The notes: generated by a model from the letters alone, not told the origin. A stretch of 64,000 bases of DNA from Octopus bimaculoides (GCF_001194135.2 NC_068986.1:1230088-1294087); one strand, 5' to 3'. Positions 13,301-27,287 are shown, counted from the stretch's first letter. Made by a program: numbers and translations.

Positions 13301-15183
13301 TCTCTTTTTAGAACACTTATTTATTTTTTTTTTCTGTTAAAAGTCATTCTCAACAAGGCAGCAATCAGCAATAAAATAAGCCCCAAACAACCACTTAGTT
13401 AGTATGCTGGGAGTCACAAGAAAAGAGATTAAAAATCTAACAAGAGTTGCCCTAAGAATCACAAAATAATCAGCATGAAATTTAAAAGAAATAAAATTAT
13501 AATTATCTGGGGAACATGAAGGAAGTGAGTTCCATAAGGCATGTTCATAGAAACACTTTTTACAAGACCGCACAACAGCAGTAAAATTTAATATCACCCA
13601 ACCCTCTCATACGTTCTGTTTTGTAGGTTTTACAAAGCTACTTGTAAAGGAATTGTTAGAACATATATAGACTATAGCTCTGATATTAGAGAAGTGTCTA
13701 GCAACTAGAATATTCTATTGAAAAGGTTTTTAGCTCTCTTTTCATTCAAACAAATAAGCAGCATGTAAAAATGATATTGGTCTTTGTGATTTCTATGTTA
13801 GATGCTACTGATACCTCAAGGTTGTATGTAGTTCACAGATTTAATTTATCAATGATATATGATGTATGCCTTCCAGGTTAAATCATTTATTTCCATACAT
13901 TCAAGCATGCTTTGAAATATTTTCTTTTAATAAACTGCAAACACTGTTCAATCTATTTTTGAACATTTTCTTTTTTCGTGTTGTATTTCTATTTTATAAT
14001 GATTTAAATAACACGATCAAGTAAAATACGATCAAGTAAAATGCATTTTTCATTTCAGAAAGAATCTGAAATTAAAGTTTATATTCATGATTTGTGAATT
14101 GTACGTTTATGAAAGAAATTAACCAGTAGTTGTTTAGATTTCATTTAATTCATAACCTGTTTTAAGTTTCATTTTAAAAACACATATAGAGCTGATGTTT
14201 AACGGTATGAGTTCCAATTTGAGTAGTTTTGGTGCTGCTTTTTGTCTTGATCAGAAATGAAGGAAAAACTTACAAGATTCAAAAAAGATTTAAACTATAT
14301 CTGCTAATATGGAAGTAAAGCTATCTAGATTATTCAGTTGATTGGCATGAAGTCATTTGCCAGTAGTCTTTAACCCCTGACTCACAAAAGTACTATCCCC
14401 CCAGTCTATTTGTTATATAGTACCTAGACTGGCCTCTGTTCCTCAAAACTTGCTGGTCTCATATTAACATCATTCAGGTACTCTAACTCATTAATTCCCC
14501 TTTTATTACTTATTATTGTATCAACTCTTCCCTCAGGCCTTGCCCAACCTTTTTCCCGCACAGTACTGAACATCAGAAATTCTCTCCCTGCTCATGTTTT
14601 CTCTGCAGTTATTAATTTTGGACTATTCAAGAGGAACATTGACTGTATGCCACCTCCCTCACACGACCTGGAGCGGCCATGAGTACAACTGCTTCTTTTT
14701 CTTCCACCTCAAATGTCAGTACATTTATGCGATTATTTTAGTAAATATTCTCATTCAAGGTTATTTGTTATTATATAAATCACCACAACTTCATAAAACA
14801 GTCTTTGAAGAATGAAGAAAGCAGTCTCATATTTGATATTTTCTTGGTTATATTTATATTACCTATTGATGTGGCAATCCTGATTGACAACTCAATAAAG
14901 ACAATTTCTGTGAAAAATATGATTTCACAGTAAATGTTTTTATAATGCAATTACATTTGGAAAACACAGAGTAACAACATAGTTTCTTACTTTCTTATTT
15001 GATAAAGTTAACATCATTCTCTAAAAAATTCCCTCTGACTCAGCAACAAAAACTATTTATCATAATCATTTTTCATACTTTGAATAAAATAAATCATAAT
15101 TAATTTAGGAATCCTTAATCTCAGAAAATCAAAAAGATCAATCTATGAGATATTGCATATGTAGAGTTAAAAATGCCGCCATC

Positions 15184-15199
15184 ATTATTATTATTATTA

Positions 15200-15234
<35 letters not shown>
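15184..15234. repeat. (ATT)n microsatellite
   Basis: Direct reading. Confidence 0.95.
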
Positions 15235-15236
<2 letters not shown>

Positions 15237-15438
15237 AAAGGCAGTGAGCTGGTTAGAATCGTTAGCACGCTGGATGAAATGCTCAGTGATATTTTGCCTG
15301 TTGCTATGTTCTTTGCCAAGAATGACTTTGTCTTTCATCCTTTCAGAGTTGATAAATTAAGTACCAGTGAAACACTGGGGTCAATGTAATCAACTAGTCC
15401 CTGCATAAAAAAAAAAAAAATTCCAGGCCCTGTGCGTT
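15235..15438 (+). mobile_element. SINE family A copy preceded by (ATT)n
   Basis: GGCAGTGAGCTGGTTAGAATCGTTAGCAC...CTTTCATCCTTTCAGAGTTGATAAATTAAGTACCAG. Confidence 0.8.
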
Positions 15439-15661
15439 TACTCTTTTACTCTTTTACTTGTTTCAGTCATTTGACTGTGGCCGTGCAGGAGCACCGCCTT
15501 TAGCCGAGCAAATTGACCCCAGGACTTATTCTTTGTAAGACTTATTCTATTGGTCTGTTTTGCCGAACCGCTATGTTATGGGGACGTAAACACACCAGCA
15601 TCGGTTGTCAAGTGATGTTGGAGGAACAAACACAGACACACAAACATATATATATATATAC
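15439..15661 (-). mobile_element. SINE family B, tail half
   Basis: Reverse complement of 48500-48710. Confidence 0.8.
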
Positions 15662-18368
15662 ATCTTCCTCCTATCTCCTCTCTTTCCTCTTCACTCCCTT
15701 CCTCTTCTTCCTCCTCTTTCTCCCCTCTATCCTCCTCCTCCTCCTACTCCACATCCTCCTCTTCTCTCCAGCCCTACAGAATTGATAAAATAAAATACCA
15801 GTCATACGCTGGGGGTTGATGAGCTGAGTAATCCCTTTCCTAGAAATTTCTAGCTTTTGTGTTTGTGTTAGAAACTATTGTTATAAGTATTATTCAGAGC
15901 ATTTGCTTTAACACTCTAGAATTCTGAAAAGTATTTAACAAAACTTGTTTAAACAATGTCAATGTATAGAAATGCGTCAGCTGTTTTTTTTTTAATTTGT
16001 TTTCCCCAAGATTTTATAACTTTGGTTGATATAATTTTTATGACCATTAAATTAAAAATGATTGTGAAGCCAAAATAATAAAATATAAATTTATGTTCAC
16101 TGTTGCACACTTTAATAATGCTGATAAACTGCAGATAAAATAATTACGATTTAGCTTTTTGAGCTAGAAACAAGAATCAAATTCCATCCATAAAAGCCAT
16201 AATTCAGCGATAGCACTGATAGTTAGGCAATCAACAGAGTAATGAAAATAGGTTGTTTTTATTTTTTTAAATATAAATTTTGTAATGTGTTTTTATTGGA
16301 GAATCCAAAAATATCATGAATGTAAATAAAAAGTATTACACAGTATAAAAGTATTAGCAGCTTTGTAGATTTACACACTTCTGTAAAATTGTTTTGCTGA
16401 ATGGCAATATGGTTCACTTTGCTATCATATTGTTCTGGGTTTGATTCCACTTTGCCATACCTTAGTATCTTCTCCAATTCTGTTGATGAGTAGAAACAGA
16501 AACTGAAGGACTGTTCCTGTTCTTACATTCTATCGCAAATATTTAGGGTACCAGTGTCTTCCTTCCTTTACCAAACAAGTCTCAAAGTTCCTTCAAAAAG
16601 GCCATGTCCACTGCTCTTCCTCTTCTAACTAAACTATGTAGCAAAAGAAAATTGTTGCCGAGCTCATTTGGGAAGTAATCAGTTTAATCGATCTAGATCC
16701 AGCATTGAACCAATTATAGATTTTGACGATATTGTTCTGTTTATTAATTCTGTCACTAGCACTAAATAGCTTCTATTTTCAAAGTATTCATATTGTATGT
16801 GACTGATTGGTAAATGATCTTAGAGACTGCACAAAATACGAAAGAATCCTTCTGTTATCAGTATAATTATGTCACCGTGTTTTAACTAATTGTTTTCATA
16901 GTGGTGCAAGATGACCAAATTTAAGCTTTCAGTAATGTAAATTGCAAGGTAGAATCATAATATCATCAAAACCTGAAGCATTATGTAACTTAAGTGTTGG
17001 CATTAATCACATAACCTTTTAAAATTAGCTGAAATTATTTTAAAGTGGTTGTTTTTTTGTTTTTTGAAATGATTGGTTGACACTGCTCTCTTGGAATAAT
17101 TTTTTCATAGTAAATAAAAGCTAAGTTTTTATTCTATGATACTAAACTGTAATTAACTGAAGATCTGGTGGGAATCAATACAATATTACTGACACTAAAT
17201 GAATGCAGATGCTCAGTCTCTGAGGACAGCCCAGTGTAGTAAATATTCATTTTAAAAGCATAACATTTACAATGCTGAATTACTTCTGTTACACTGAATG
17301 CTGTTTATGATTTTCAAGTTTTTAGCTGTAACTCTATTGTAAAGTGCTTTAGATATTCTTTTCTAGAACTTTAATCAATGGAAACATGTTTTCTATCAAT
17401 ATAGTTTTTCATTTCTTTTATTAATATTACCTCTCATATAAATTTCAACATCAGATATTATACAATCTCATTTCTTTTATGTTTCCTTAAAATATTAAGC
17501 ATTAGAAGAATTACATTACTTTTCAATGTTTTTACATGATCCTTACTATATCGATTATTGCTAATATCTAGTATTTTGTTAGTAATGTTACCACTTCACT
17601 CAGTGAATCTGGCAGACATGTTTTGTCTGTCTTGTCTTTGATCTCTTCTGTACTGCTTCCTCTTATCCATTTCATTCATCTCCTCAGCCTTCGTTTATTT
17701 GCCTTTTAATTATTGATTATTATGTAAAGGTTTTTGGAGTACTGCAGAGAGATAATACAGGATACTGAGCATCGATAATTTTTCTGTTTCATTTATTTTA
17801 CTCCAACTATAATACTGTATATATACTTCCGTTTTTCTTTTTTTCCTTTTCTTTTTTTGCCTTTGTAAAATGATGTGGTTTTATAGTTTTTTTTTCTTTG
17901 TTAATCTTATTATGGACTTATTTAAAGGTAACAGAAACGATAGAGTGCTGGATTAAATGCTTTATAGGGACCTCTATTGGTCAAGGTCAACCATGTGTCT
18001 GCATGTACATGTGCAGGCTTATGCAAAATTTCTTTTTTAAGGATGACTGGCAGTTACTCATACACATGTTTTCTTCCTCCACACACTGCTGTTTATCCAA
18101 AGAAAAGCCTACCAACTTGAGCTGATACAGCTTGCCATAAATTTTATCATAGGCATTACTATCAGAATGCAGAGCTAGAACAGATACCACAACACGTCTA
18201 TCTGGTCTGATCCTCTTGCAATTCTACCAATCAACTTCCCTGTATTAATACTTTTTATCAAATGTGAAAGAGTGAAGGGCAAAATTGACCTTGTGTTTTG
18301 AACTCAGAACTCAGAAATACCATGAGACATTCAATCCAACACTGTAACAACTTTGCCAGCTCACCTTT

Positions 18369-18589
18369 TTAATCCTTTAGCATTTAAACTGGCCATATCA
18401 GACTGAAATAGTTCCCCTGTTTTATGTTCAAACTAGCCAGATCTGGCCTCTCACATCTGCTCTACAATATCATTCTAAAAATAAACAGTCATATCATCAA
18501 AATCTGGGAGTTACGAGATAATGCATGATTAATTCAAAATAAAATGAATATATATGTATCACATTTGACATTGTATACTAAAGGGTTAA
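18369..18589 (-). mobile_element. piggyBac-like MITE copy
   Basis: TTAATCCTTTAGCATTTAAAC...TACTAAAGGGTTAA; the interior is the reverse complement of the 904 copy. Confidence 0.75.
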
Positions 18590-19043
18590 ATGCCTTAAGT
18601 ATGTTTTAATGGTTTATAATGTGTATGTTCCAGTTTTTGAAATAGGTGCACTATATCTCAATATATCATAAGAGGCAACTAAAGAGTTGGAATCCAGCCA
18701 TAAAATGCTGCCTCAAAGAGTCCTATACAACCAATGCCAGTGTGGATAAGAAGATGTAAAAACAACGATGATGATGATGATCATCATCATCATTTACTTT
18801 GAAGGAAGGGACTATATCCATGCTCCTTGTGGGTCCTCTCAAATAGTGATTGATGCAATTGATGGAATATTATTTTGGACTTATATCTTCTGTGATGACT
18901 TTTTGTTGTAATTTTCCTGCTTATATTTTATATTATAATATATAATTGCTCTTATTAGATGTCTAAATACCTTTAATGTTTTAGACATTGCCCTACCAAG
19001 AGCACTTCACTATATTGTATTCTCACTGAATATATTTGATTAA

Positions 19044-19087
<44 letters not shown>

Positions 19088-19620
19088 NNNNNNNNNNNNN
19101 NNNNNNNNNNNNNNNNNNNNNNNNNNNNNNNNNNNNNNNNNNNNNNNNNNNNNNNNNNNNNNNNNNNNNNNNNNNNNNNNNNNNNNNNNNNNNNNNNNNN
19201 NNNNNNNNNNNNNNNNNNNNNNNNNNNNNNNNNNNNNNNNNNNNNNNNNNNNNNNNNNNNNNNNNNNNNNNNNNNNNNNNNNNNNNNNNNNNNNNNNNNN
19301 NNNNNNNNNNNNNNNNNNNNNNNNNNNNNNNNNNNNNNNNNNNNNNNNNNNNNNNNNNNNNNNNNNNNNNNNNNNNNNNNNNNNNNNNNNNNNNNNNNNN
19401 NNNNNNNNNNNNNNNNNNNNNNNNNNNNNNNNNNNNNNNNNNNNNNNNNNNNNNNNNNNNNNNNNNNNNNNNNNNNNNNNNNNNNNNNNNNNNNNNNNNN
19501 NNNNNNNNNNNNNNNNNNNNNNNNNNNNNNNNNNNNNNNNNNNNNNNNNNNNNNNNNNNNNNNNNNNNNNNNNNNNNNNNNNNNNNNNNNNNNNNNNNNN
19601 NNNNNNNNNNNNNNNNNNNN
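19088..19620. other. Assembly gap (533 N)
   Basis: N run following (TA)n. Confidence 1.
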
Positions 19621-19661
19621 ACACATATATATTCACACATAAATACATTCATACATATAAA

Positions 19662-19850
19662 TGGGAGAATTTACGAAAAAAACAACAACAGACGAGGACA
19701 GGTGGTGTAAATAACAAATTATATATTAGTATGACGCTCGGGAATACGGAAAGTCTTTGACGTTTCGAGCTATGCTCTTCAACAGAAAGAATACGGAGGC
19801 AAGGAGAAAAACACGGAGAAAAAAAAATTGAATAGTGTTCAGTCAACGGT
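19662..19850 (-). mobile_element. Penelope-like element (pLTR) fragment, CpG-rich
   Basis: CpG-rich island in AT-rich surroundings containing minus-strand CTGTTGAAGAGCATAGCTCGAAACGTC, the CTGANGAA-stem-CGAAACGT signature of PLE pseudo-LTRs. No RT or GIY-YIG sequence seen. Confidence 0.55.
19754..19790 (-). ncRNA. Minimal type I hammerhead-ribozyme-like motif with variant core
   Basis: 5'-UCUUU CUGUUGA A GAGC-AUA-GCUC GAAAC GUC AAAGA-3'. Stem I has 5 bp, stem II has 4 bp, stem III is the palindromic ACGU, and the cleavage triplet is GUC. Core position A6 is U. Confidence 0.6.
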
Positions 19851-19866
19851 CAACACACACACACAC

Positions 19867-19918
<52 letters not shown>

Positions 19919-20986
19919 CTTTTTCTCTTTTTTTCCTTTTGTTTCTGTAAATGATTCTGTAAAGAACTTTGTTGACTGTGCCCAATCTATCGGTTTTTCT
20001 GCTCTTTTGGAATGGCTTCAAGAACTCAGAAGAAAAAGAAGTTTGCAAAAAAGAAAAAAGAGAGAGAGAGAGAGAGAGTGGAGTTCAAAAGTGGTTTGAG
20101 GGGATCAACATTTTTGTAAAATGTCTTTAGAGATTAATTGCCTATTTTCCCTTATTTTTACTCATTTCTTCTATATAGCACTGCTAATAAATTCTCTAAT
20201 CAAAACTGAATTTACAATCCAATTTAGAATCCCCATTGGGCTCATTTTAAGTGTGACCTTGTTGCACTGGCATAAAGCATGAACATTACAACTCTACATC
20301 TTCATGTGTTTATAAATCTAATGTTTTATCCCCTTACTAAATCTTTCATTTTTTTGTACTTTTTAATGATTTTAAAAAAATTATTTTTTTCTTTTTGACA
20401 ATTTACCTGATGTAGTAGCCTTCATGCAGATACAAAACATCAAAATGATTATTACATATATTTTGGACCCAACATTTTTTAGATACAGAGTTTGCTTCAA
20501 TTTAAATTTTATTAAAATTTGCTATTAAATTAATCCAAAATGTAAGCTGATGTTCAATATATGTACTTTTTCCATTAAGTTAAATAAAAAGATAATAAAA
20601 AAATAATCAATTAAACAATTCAGAGATGCCATCTGAGTAAAAAAAACAATAGCTAAAATAATGTTAATATATTTAATGTATGGAGCATTATCAAAAAAGT
20701 TAACTAGTAGAAAATATACAGAGAGAAAAGAAAGGCACTACCCATTGTTTAATATTGTTTTTCTCTCCACACATTAATTTCTAGATTGTTCCATGCATTA
20801 AACATGTTAACACTAACTTATCTGAAAGAAATATTGATGTAAACATTTTGCAAATTCTAAATGTTGCTATATATTGTGAGCACTATATATATATATTTAT
20901 CAATATTTAAACAGATAAAAATACAGATATGTTACTTCATATTCAAAATTTGTCATATTTGATTTTTGTGGATGCTGACTTCATAA

Positions 20987-21026
<40 letters not shown>

Positions 21027-23533
21027 CTAAAATGAAATTATTTTTAGGACTGATATAAATAGTATCTAGGTTCTCCCTATTGAAGAATTGCAAGGAATTC
21101 TCAGACATGCAATAGAATATCTAAAGAGCTTTAGTTATAATAGAATAAGAACAGAATATATATGCTATAACAGTCATTAAATAAATTATATCTCAGTTTA
21201 ATACATTAGTCTTATTCTATAAAAATTCTAATGTGAGATATTCTAAATGTAGTAGCTGATTAAATAAGGATAAGAAATAGCTTTATATGTAATATAACAG
21301 ACAGAAAAAAACTGAGTTGATCTCTTCTAAATTGCTGAATATCATTTTCAAACTATAACCGATATTTTAAGTATGCTAAATGCATTGAAACGTTTGTGAG
21401 TGGTTGATGCAGGAAAGCTAGAGACTATTGTATTGGATTGTTTAGAATAATTCATAAGTTCTGTTATTTAAATGATCTAATTATTAAAATAATGTGTCAA
21501 GACTTGGAAATGGTTCAATGAAAATAGATAGATAAATAGATCAATATATACCATTTTTTAAAACATAAAATGTAAAATGCTGACTGTAGTATAAAAATAT
21601 GTATCAAAAAAATATATGTTGTAACATGGGAACCAGAATTGATCATGTACATGAGAGGAGGTTAAACAATTTTTTGTTTTTACAACTTTGCTAGTATGCT
21701 GTAAATATTCAATGTTAATTACATCTTAGCTTTGGTAGAATATAGGGCTACCATTGCCCTCTTATATAGTATGTGCCTAGCTCCCTAAATTAATCAGTTA
21801 TGTGTTCAATATTATAGAAATTTTCAAAAAAATCTAAATCACATATGTTGCATATCTTTATGTATGATCTACAGTATTAAATAGATTAGAAACTACATCT
21901 CAGAGAGCACGGTATCTAACTGAGTACTAATTAAGTGATTATTCACAAGCTTCAGCACACAGTTTAAAATAAATGATAATATAAATATTCAGTTCATCAC
22001 ATTAGCAGCCTTCAGGATTTATTCTTCCTTTAAGTTGAACAATTTTTTAGCTTCTATTAACTATTAGTTACAAAATCTTTTGTGTTTTGAACTGACTTGA
22101 ATTTTTTTATTTTCAATTCACTGACTTCAAATCAAGCTCACTCTTTCATATTTTAAACTCTTTTTTTTTTAAATGCCTCAAATAATTTTGCAATTAGAAC
22201 TTGCTTGATTGTACACAGAATCTATCAAATTTTTGGCTCTTTTATAATGCTTTCAAGAACTCCAAGAAAAAAGATGTATGCAAAAGACTAAGCTTTGGTA
22301 GAAACCCATTTGTAACTTAAACTCTCCTTATGGTGTCTTAGCCTTATTTTGTTTTTAGAATTCATTGTTAGAACCTGAGCATCTCCTTTGTTGCTTTAAA
22401 TCTCTTTTCTAATCCAGTTTCCACAAAAATAATTTCTGAAGATCTCAATATACTAGAAATCATTTTTTTTTTCTGCATCACACCAATATCTTCTAACCAT
22501 TAGAGAATTTGCCTAAAGCAGTATTGTTATTCCTTTGACTGAATCATCATCATCATTTACTGTTCAGTTTTCATGCTGGTGTGTTGGATGGTTTGACAGG
22601 CTCCAGAGAGCCACAGGCTTGTATTGAACTCCAATGTCTGATATAAGTATGGTTTCTACGGTCAGATGCTCTTCCTAACACAATCCACTTTACAATGTTT
22701 ACTTGATACTCTTTTAGTGAATCAGTTGCCCAATTTCTAGAGTGCCACCAATATATCTGAGATGGAGTAGCTATTATTCACAAAAGTTCAAGAGGCATTA
22801 AAATAAAAATAAAAAGGTACATCTTATTGATTGGTCAGTCTTCATCTGCTACAGGTAATACACTAAAATCACTTGAACAACAATGAGCAATTCCATCTCT
22901 GTTTCTTTTATAATTCCTTTATTGGTCCATGTTCCTCTAAAATACGAGACAGTCTACTATTGAAAACTAATTTGCTCAGTTTCTCTTATTCTTTCTATAT
23001 TTCAGTCTACACTAAACACTTCTCTCCAATTTTCATCAACAGTAACTTAGCGGTTCGGCTAAAGAGACCGATAGAATAAGTACTAGGCTTCCAAAGAATA
23101 AGTCCTGGGGTCGATCAGCTTGACTAAAAGGTGGTGCTTCAGCATGGCCACAGTCAAAAGACTGAAACAAGTAAAAGAGAATAAAAGAGAGATTTCAATC
23201 ACTTAAGAAATGTTTGCACCCAGCATTCAACACATCATTCCTTATTTATCTAGATTCATGCCATTAGGGTTAGTCCAGTTAATTTTTTTAATTATCAAAT
23301 TATACTGACCAAAAATTATTTGTAACTCTTTTTCTGTAAAAATCTTTTTCATCTGAGCAAGTAAGTTTGAGTATACCATACTATGCTGATGAGGTCTAAT
23401 ACAATGAAACCTGCTGTACACTTACCTGTAAATAAATAATGTTTGGCCAATATAATTTAATAATTAAAAAATAAAATTAGCTGAGGAAATTAACTTAATG
23501 GCACAGATTTGTATAAATAAGAAGTGATATAAT

Positions 23534-23865
23534 GAAGGTGCATGGCTTAGTGGTTAGAGTATTGGGCTCACAATTATGAAGTAGTGAGTTCGATTCCCGG
23601 ACTGGGCAGTGTGTTGTTTTCTTGAGCAAGACACTTTATTTTACATTGCTCCAATTCATACAGCTATAGGAATGAGTTGTGATATCAGTGGTGCCAAACA
23701 ATATTGGCCTTTGCCTTTCCCTTGGTTAACATCAGTGACATGGAGAGGGGAGCTGGTGTGCATGGGCGACTGCTGGCCTTCCATAAACAACCCTGCCCAG
23801 ACTTGTGCCTCGGAGGGAAACTTTCTAGGTGCAATCCTATGGTCACTCATGACTGAAGGGTCTTA
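23534..23865 (+). mobile_element. tRNA-derived SINE (family C head, different 3' part)
   Basis: TGGCTTAGTGGTTAG A-box, GAGTTCGATTCCC B-box and the same TTGAGCAAGACACTTTATTT...TTGCTCC core; no cloverleaf 3' end. Confidence 0.75.
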
Positions 23866-23966
23866 ATTGGTTGAAATCTGGTAATAAAAGCTGAAGAGAT
23901 GTGTTTAGTAAAGGTTAAGAATAATAAGAGATACAATGGGTGAGTTGGATTTTAGTGGTACACATC

Positions 23967-24180
23967 TTAACCCTTTAACATCCAGATTACTCTATCAAAT
24001 GTGATATTTATTCACATTGTTTTGAATTATACATCATCTCATAGCTTTGAGATTTCGATGTGGCTGTTTATTTTTACAATGACATAGGGTGTGTGTGTGA
24101 GGCTGTATCTGGCTGGTTTGTTCATAAAACAGTTAGAATATTTGGGCTGGATATGGCCTGTTTAAATGCTAAAGTGTTAG
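23967..24180 (+). mobile_element. piggyBac-like MITE copy
   Basis: TTAACCCTTTAACATCCAG...TTTAAATGCTAAAGTGTTAG. Confidence 0.7.
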
Positions 24181-24953
24181 TGGAGCATTGGTCTTTTGTA
24201 GTAGTGATATATAAGAGTCAGGAGAGGGATTCCCCTCTCCTGTCAAGTGGGTGTAGTATGTTAGTAAGTGAAAACTTACCAGTCACTCACTTATTTTTTT
24301 TAGGATGTATACTGGAATGTTAATAACAGTTTGTCTATCACAGATATATCAGTTTCTTCCCACTAAACATATAAATAACTTATAAAGACTGTCTATATTT
24401 CTTGGAATTATCTCCCCTTTACTTTGAGAGTCAATGACAGTCACTGCAATGTATTTCTTTTCTTCCTCTCAGTGAGTTGGGGTAGAACTTTAATTAATTA
24501 AAAGTTTTTCGTATATATTGTTTTCAGTAGAACTCTTTTTTTATTGCTTGACTTCTATCCTCTGTGACTTCCTCACAGCATCCCTACAGGAAACTCATCA
24601 ATCTTATCAATGACATTAGTCTTAAAGGATCTTTTATGTTCATGGGAAGTTCCTTCCACTCTGGACTAAAATGTAAAATAAATAAATACTTCTCCTAAAC
24701 TGTTCACATACACTTAATTTTTTCAATATCCTCAAGATTACAAGATAAAACTTTCTTGACAAATGCTTCGTATTTTATATTCTTTATCATTCATCTCATC
24801 CATCTCTCTCTTTTGCATGTGATTCACTATGAATATGATAGCTACAGATCAATATATGGCAACTTAATTCTATTCACTTCGAATATAACACTCACTAAGG
24901 ATAAAGCACACACCACACTGCTTGCCTCCTGTTCACTTTTCAATCCATTTGAA

Positions 24954-25036
24954 TCTGAGCCATTTTCTGTATATTCTGTATATTCTGAGCCATTTTCTGT
25001 ATATTCTGTATATTCTGAGCCATTTTCTGTATATTC
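24954..25036. repeat. 30-bp minisatellite, ~2.8 copies
   Basis: Unit CATTTTCTGTATATTCTGTATATTCTGAGC repeated exactly, with an internal 9-bp sub-repeat. Confidence 0.95.
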
Positions 25037-27287
25037 CCCAGCTGCTATCAAAACTAATGACTTTTTTTTCATTATAAGTGTAATTTCAATTGATTATTTT
25101 TGTATTCTTCTGTTCACTATATTGTAACTCACACTTAACTATATGTTCTTCATGCAGAAGGCTTCCTCTAGAAAATTTGCCTCATCATAACAGCATTTGC
25201 TTGGCTTATATTCTCTTTATTTTATGCTTTAATCCAGTTCAAGTTTCTCTAATTCCCTGTTCACAGGTAACTTCGCTGTATAGTTATATGAAGACTTATA
25301 ACTGTTATTATCTCAACTAATCCCACTGGTTATATATGTGAATGTTTAGGATAAGGTTCTTTTGATAATGCATTCTTTATTAGAATACACACACACACAC
25401 ACACACATGCATATGCATACATATATGTGTGTACACACACATACACACATATATGGGCTTCTTTCAATTTCTGTCTACCAAATCCACGACTCTGGTCAGC
25501 TCAGAGCTATAGTCGAAGACACTTGCCAAAAGAGCTTTGTAGTGGGGCTGAACCTGCAGCCATGTAGCTGGCAATCAAACTTCCTAACCATACACCAATG
25601 CCTGAATCTATACAACACTTATACAAAACTTGAGAAAATCCACTTCACACTTGCAATCTGGTTGTAGTGCACCAGTTTGTCATGCCACACTATTTAGAAT
25701 ATTTAATTCTGTGGCTTTTATTCGAGTTAGAACTTTTCGATTGTGATGTAAATATGAGCTGTTGGTTATATTCCTGTGTAGAATGTTTTCACCAGTTGTT
25801 ACAGATGGTACTGTAGATCTTTTCTATTCACTAATGAAGGCAAATTATTTCTATTATTTATTTTTATTAGACTACAGAAACCAAGATGAATTTTGAAAAA
25901 TCAGTCATATATTAATAATGTAAAGAGATCAATGAGAAAGAAAGACCAATATTATTCCATACAATTAATAATCATTACAATCATAATTCTTTAATTTATC
26001 TTGCTTATTTACTTTTTTTTCTTCTAATTTTTGAAATGGATTAACGAATCAAACAAAAAGCTTAATTTCATTTAATCCTGCTTTCGGTGTAGTCTTTGTA
26101 CTTACTTAATTTTACTGTTTCTTCCATTCAATTCTAATTTAGTTTCTGGATGGGTTAGTAGCTTCATAACAGAAGTTTAAACTTGATCTGATAATTGAAA
26201 AGTGTGATGATTTAGAATTGCAAATTAAATGTAGCCTCTCGTTATTCCAAAATTGGTAAAATTGCTACCAGTAATTTATTAGATGTAGCATTCTATCCAA
26301 TTTGTTGAATTTAATGAAAATTTTCTTATAAAAAAGCTTTTTAAATGTCTACCTTTGTGCCAAACATGATTGGTTTTTCTTAACAGTAACAATTTTTAAT
26401 ATAATTGATTACAAACTGAAAGATCGTATTATTTTAATTTCACTTAATTTCTTTCTAAAAGAACTTTAAATTGTATTTATTTGATATATTTCTTTCATGA
26501 ATACTTTCTTAGTTTATTTAAGTTAATTCTAATTCCTATATCTAAATAATATTCTTAGTTCATTTCTTAACCTGTATCACTGTCTGTCTGTCTGTGTATC
26601 TGTGTATGTAAATATATCCATTTATATTTATATAATGAACTCTGTCTGACCAATGAAGCATGGAAAAGAGGATAATAATGATGGAAAACAAGGACAATAA
26701 TAATGGTTACACACACATACACACAAAGACACAGAAATTAAACTGCTCCCAAAAATTTCTCATTTTAAATTCCCAGAAAATAGGAGGCTGGCTTGAAAAT
26801 TGTTTTTATTATTCTTATGCTTTGAGCATATTAGTAATTATTCTTGAGAGCTTGTAGATCCCTTTAACTTCATCATATCACTACATAGTTGTTTAAGACA
26901 TTTAACAAACTCCACTCTGAAGCAGTTGGGTCAGGTTTCTGGTCTGAAGATGACTTATTTCCTTTATCACACCAATCTTGGAGACCAGGGAAAATACCAT
27001 GAGTGCTGTCATTCTTTTTCTGACTAAATTAATAAAAAAAAAAAGGAAAGCTTTCTCCTTGCATAATGTTCTAATACCATTTTAAATCCAGTGGACAAAA
27101 TGACCCTACATTGTGGACCTCAATAGTTTGCATTGTGAAAGTAATTTGCATATGTAAAGTATACATGTCTTTTTCTATCAGCCAAAGTAGCTCAATATAT
27201 TTTGAAGTTCACTGTTTTTTTATGTAATATTATTGCAAAGCTGAAGAACCAAAGTCATGCGTGTGTTATGTATATGTATGTGATGGA

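Noticed and set aside
15138-15360. Poly-Ile hydrophobic ORFs resembling membrane proteins
   Set aside because: Translation of the (ATT)n microsatellite and the adjacent SINE.
18973-19710. Long ORFs of 199-224 aa in the ORF track
   Set aside because: They consist of N-derived X residues plus (TA)n-derived YI repeats; artefacts of the gap. The same applies to 49881-50414 and 52884-53129.
23534-23610. tRNA gene
   Set aside because: Has A- and B-boxes but no acceptor stem or cloverleaf and continues into a SINE core found in other copies.
24756-25127. ORFs with SEPFSVYSVY or EYTENGS repeats
   Set aside because: Translation of the 30-bp minisatellite; no splice or homology support. Also not CRISPR: no spacers and no cas genes.
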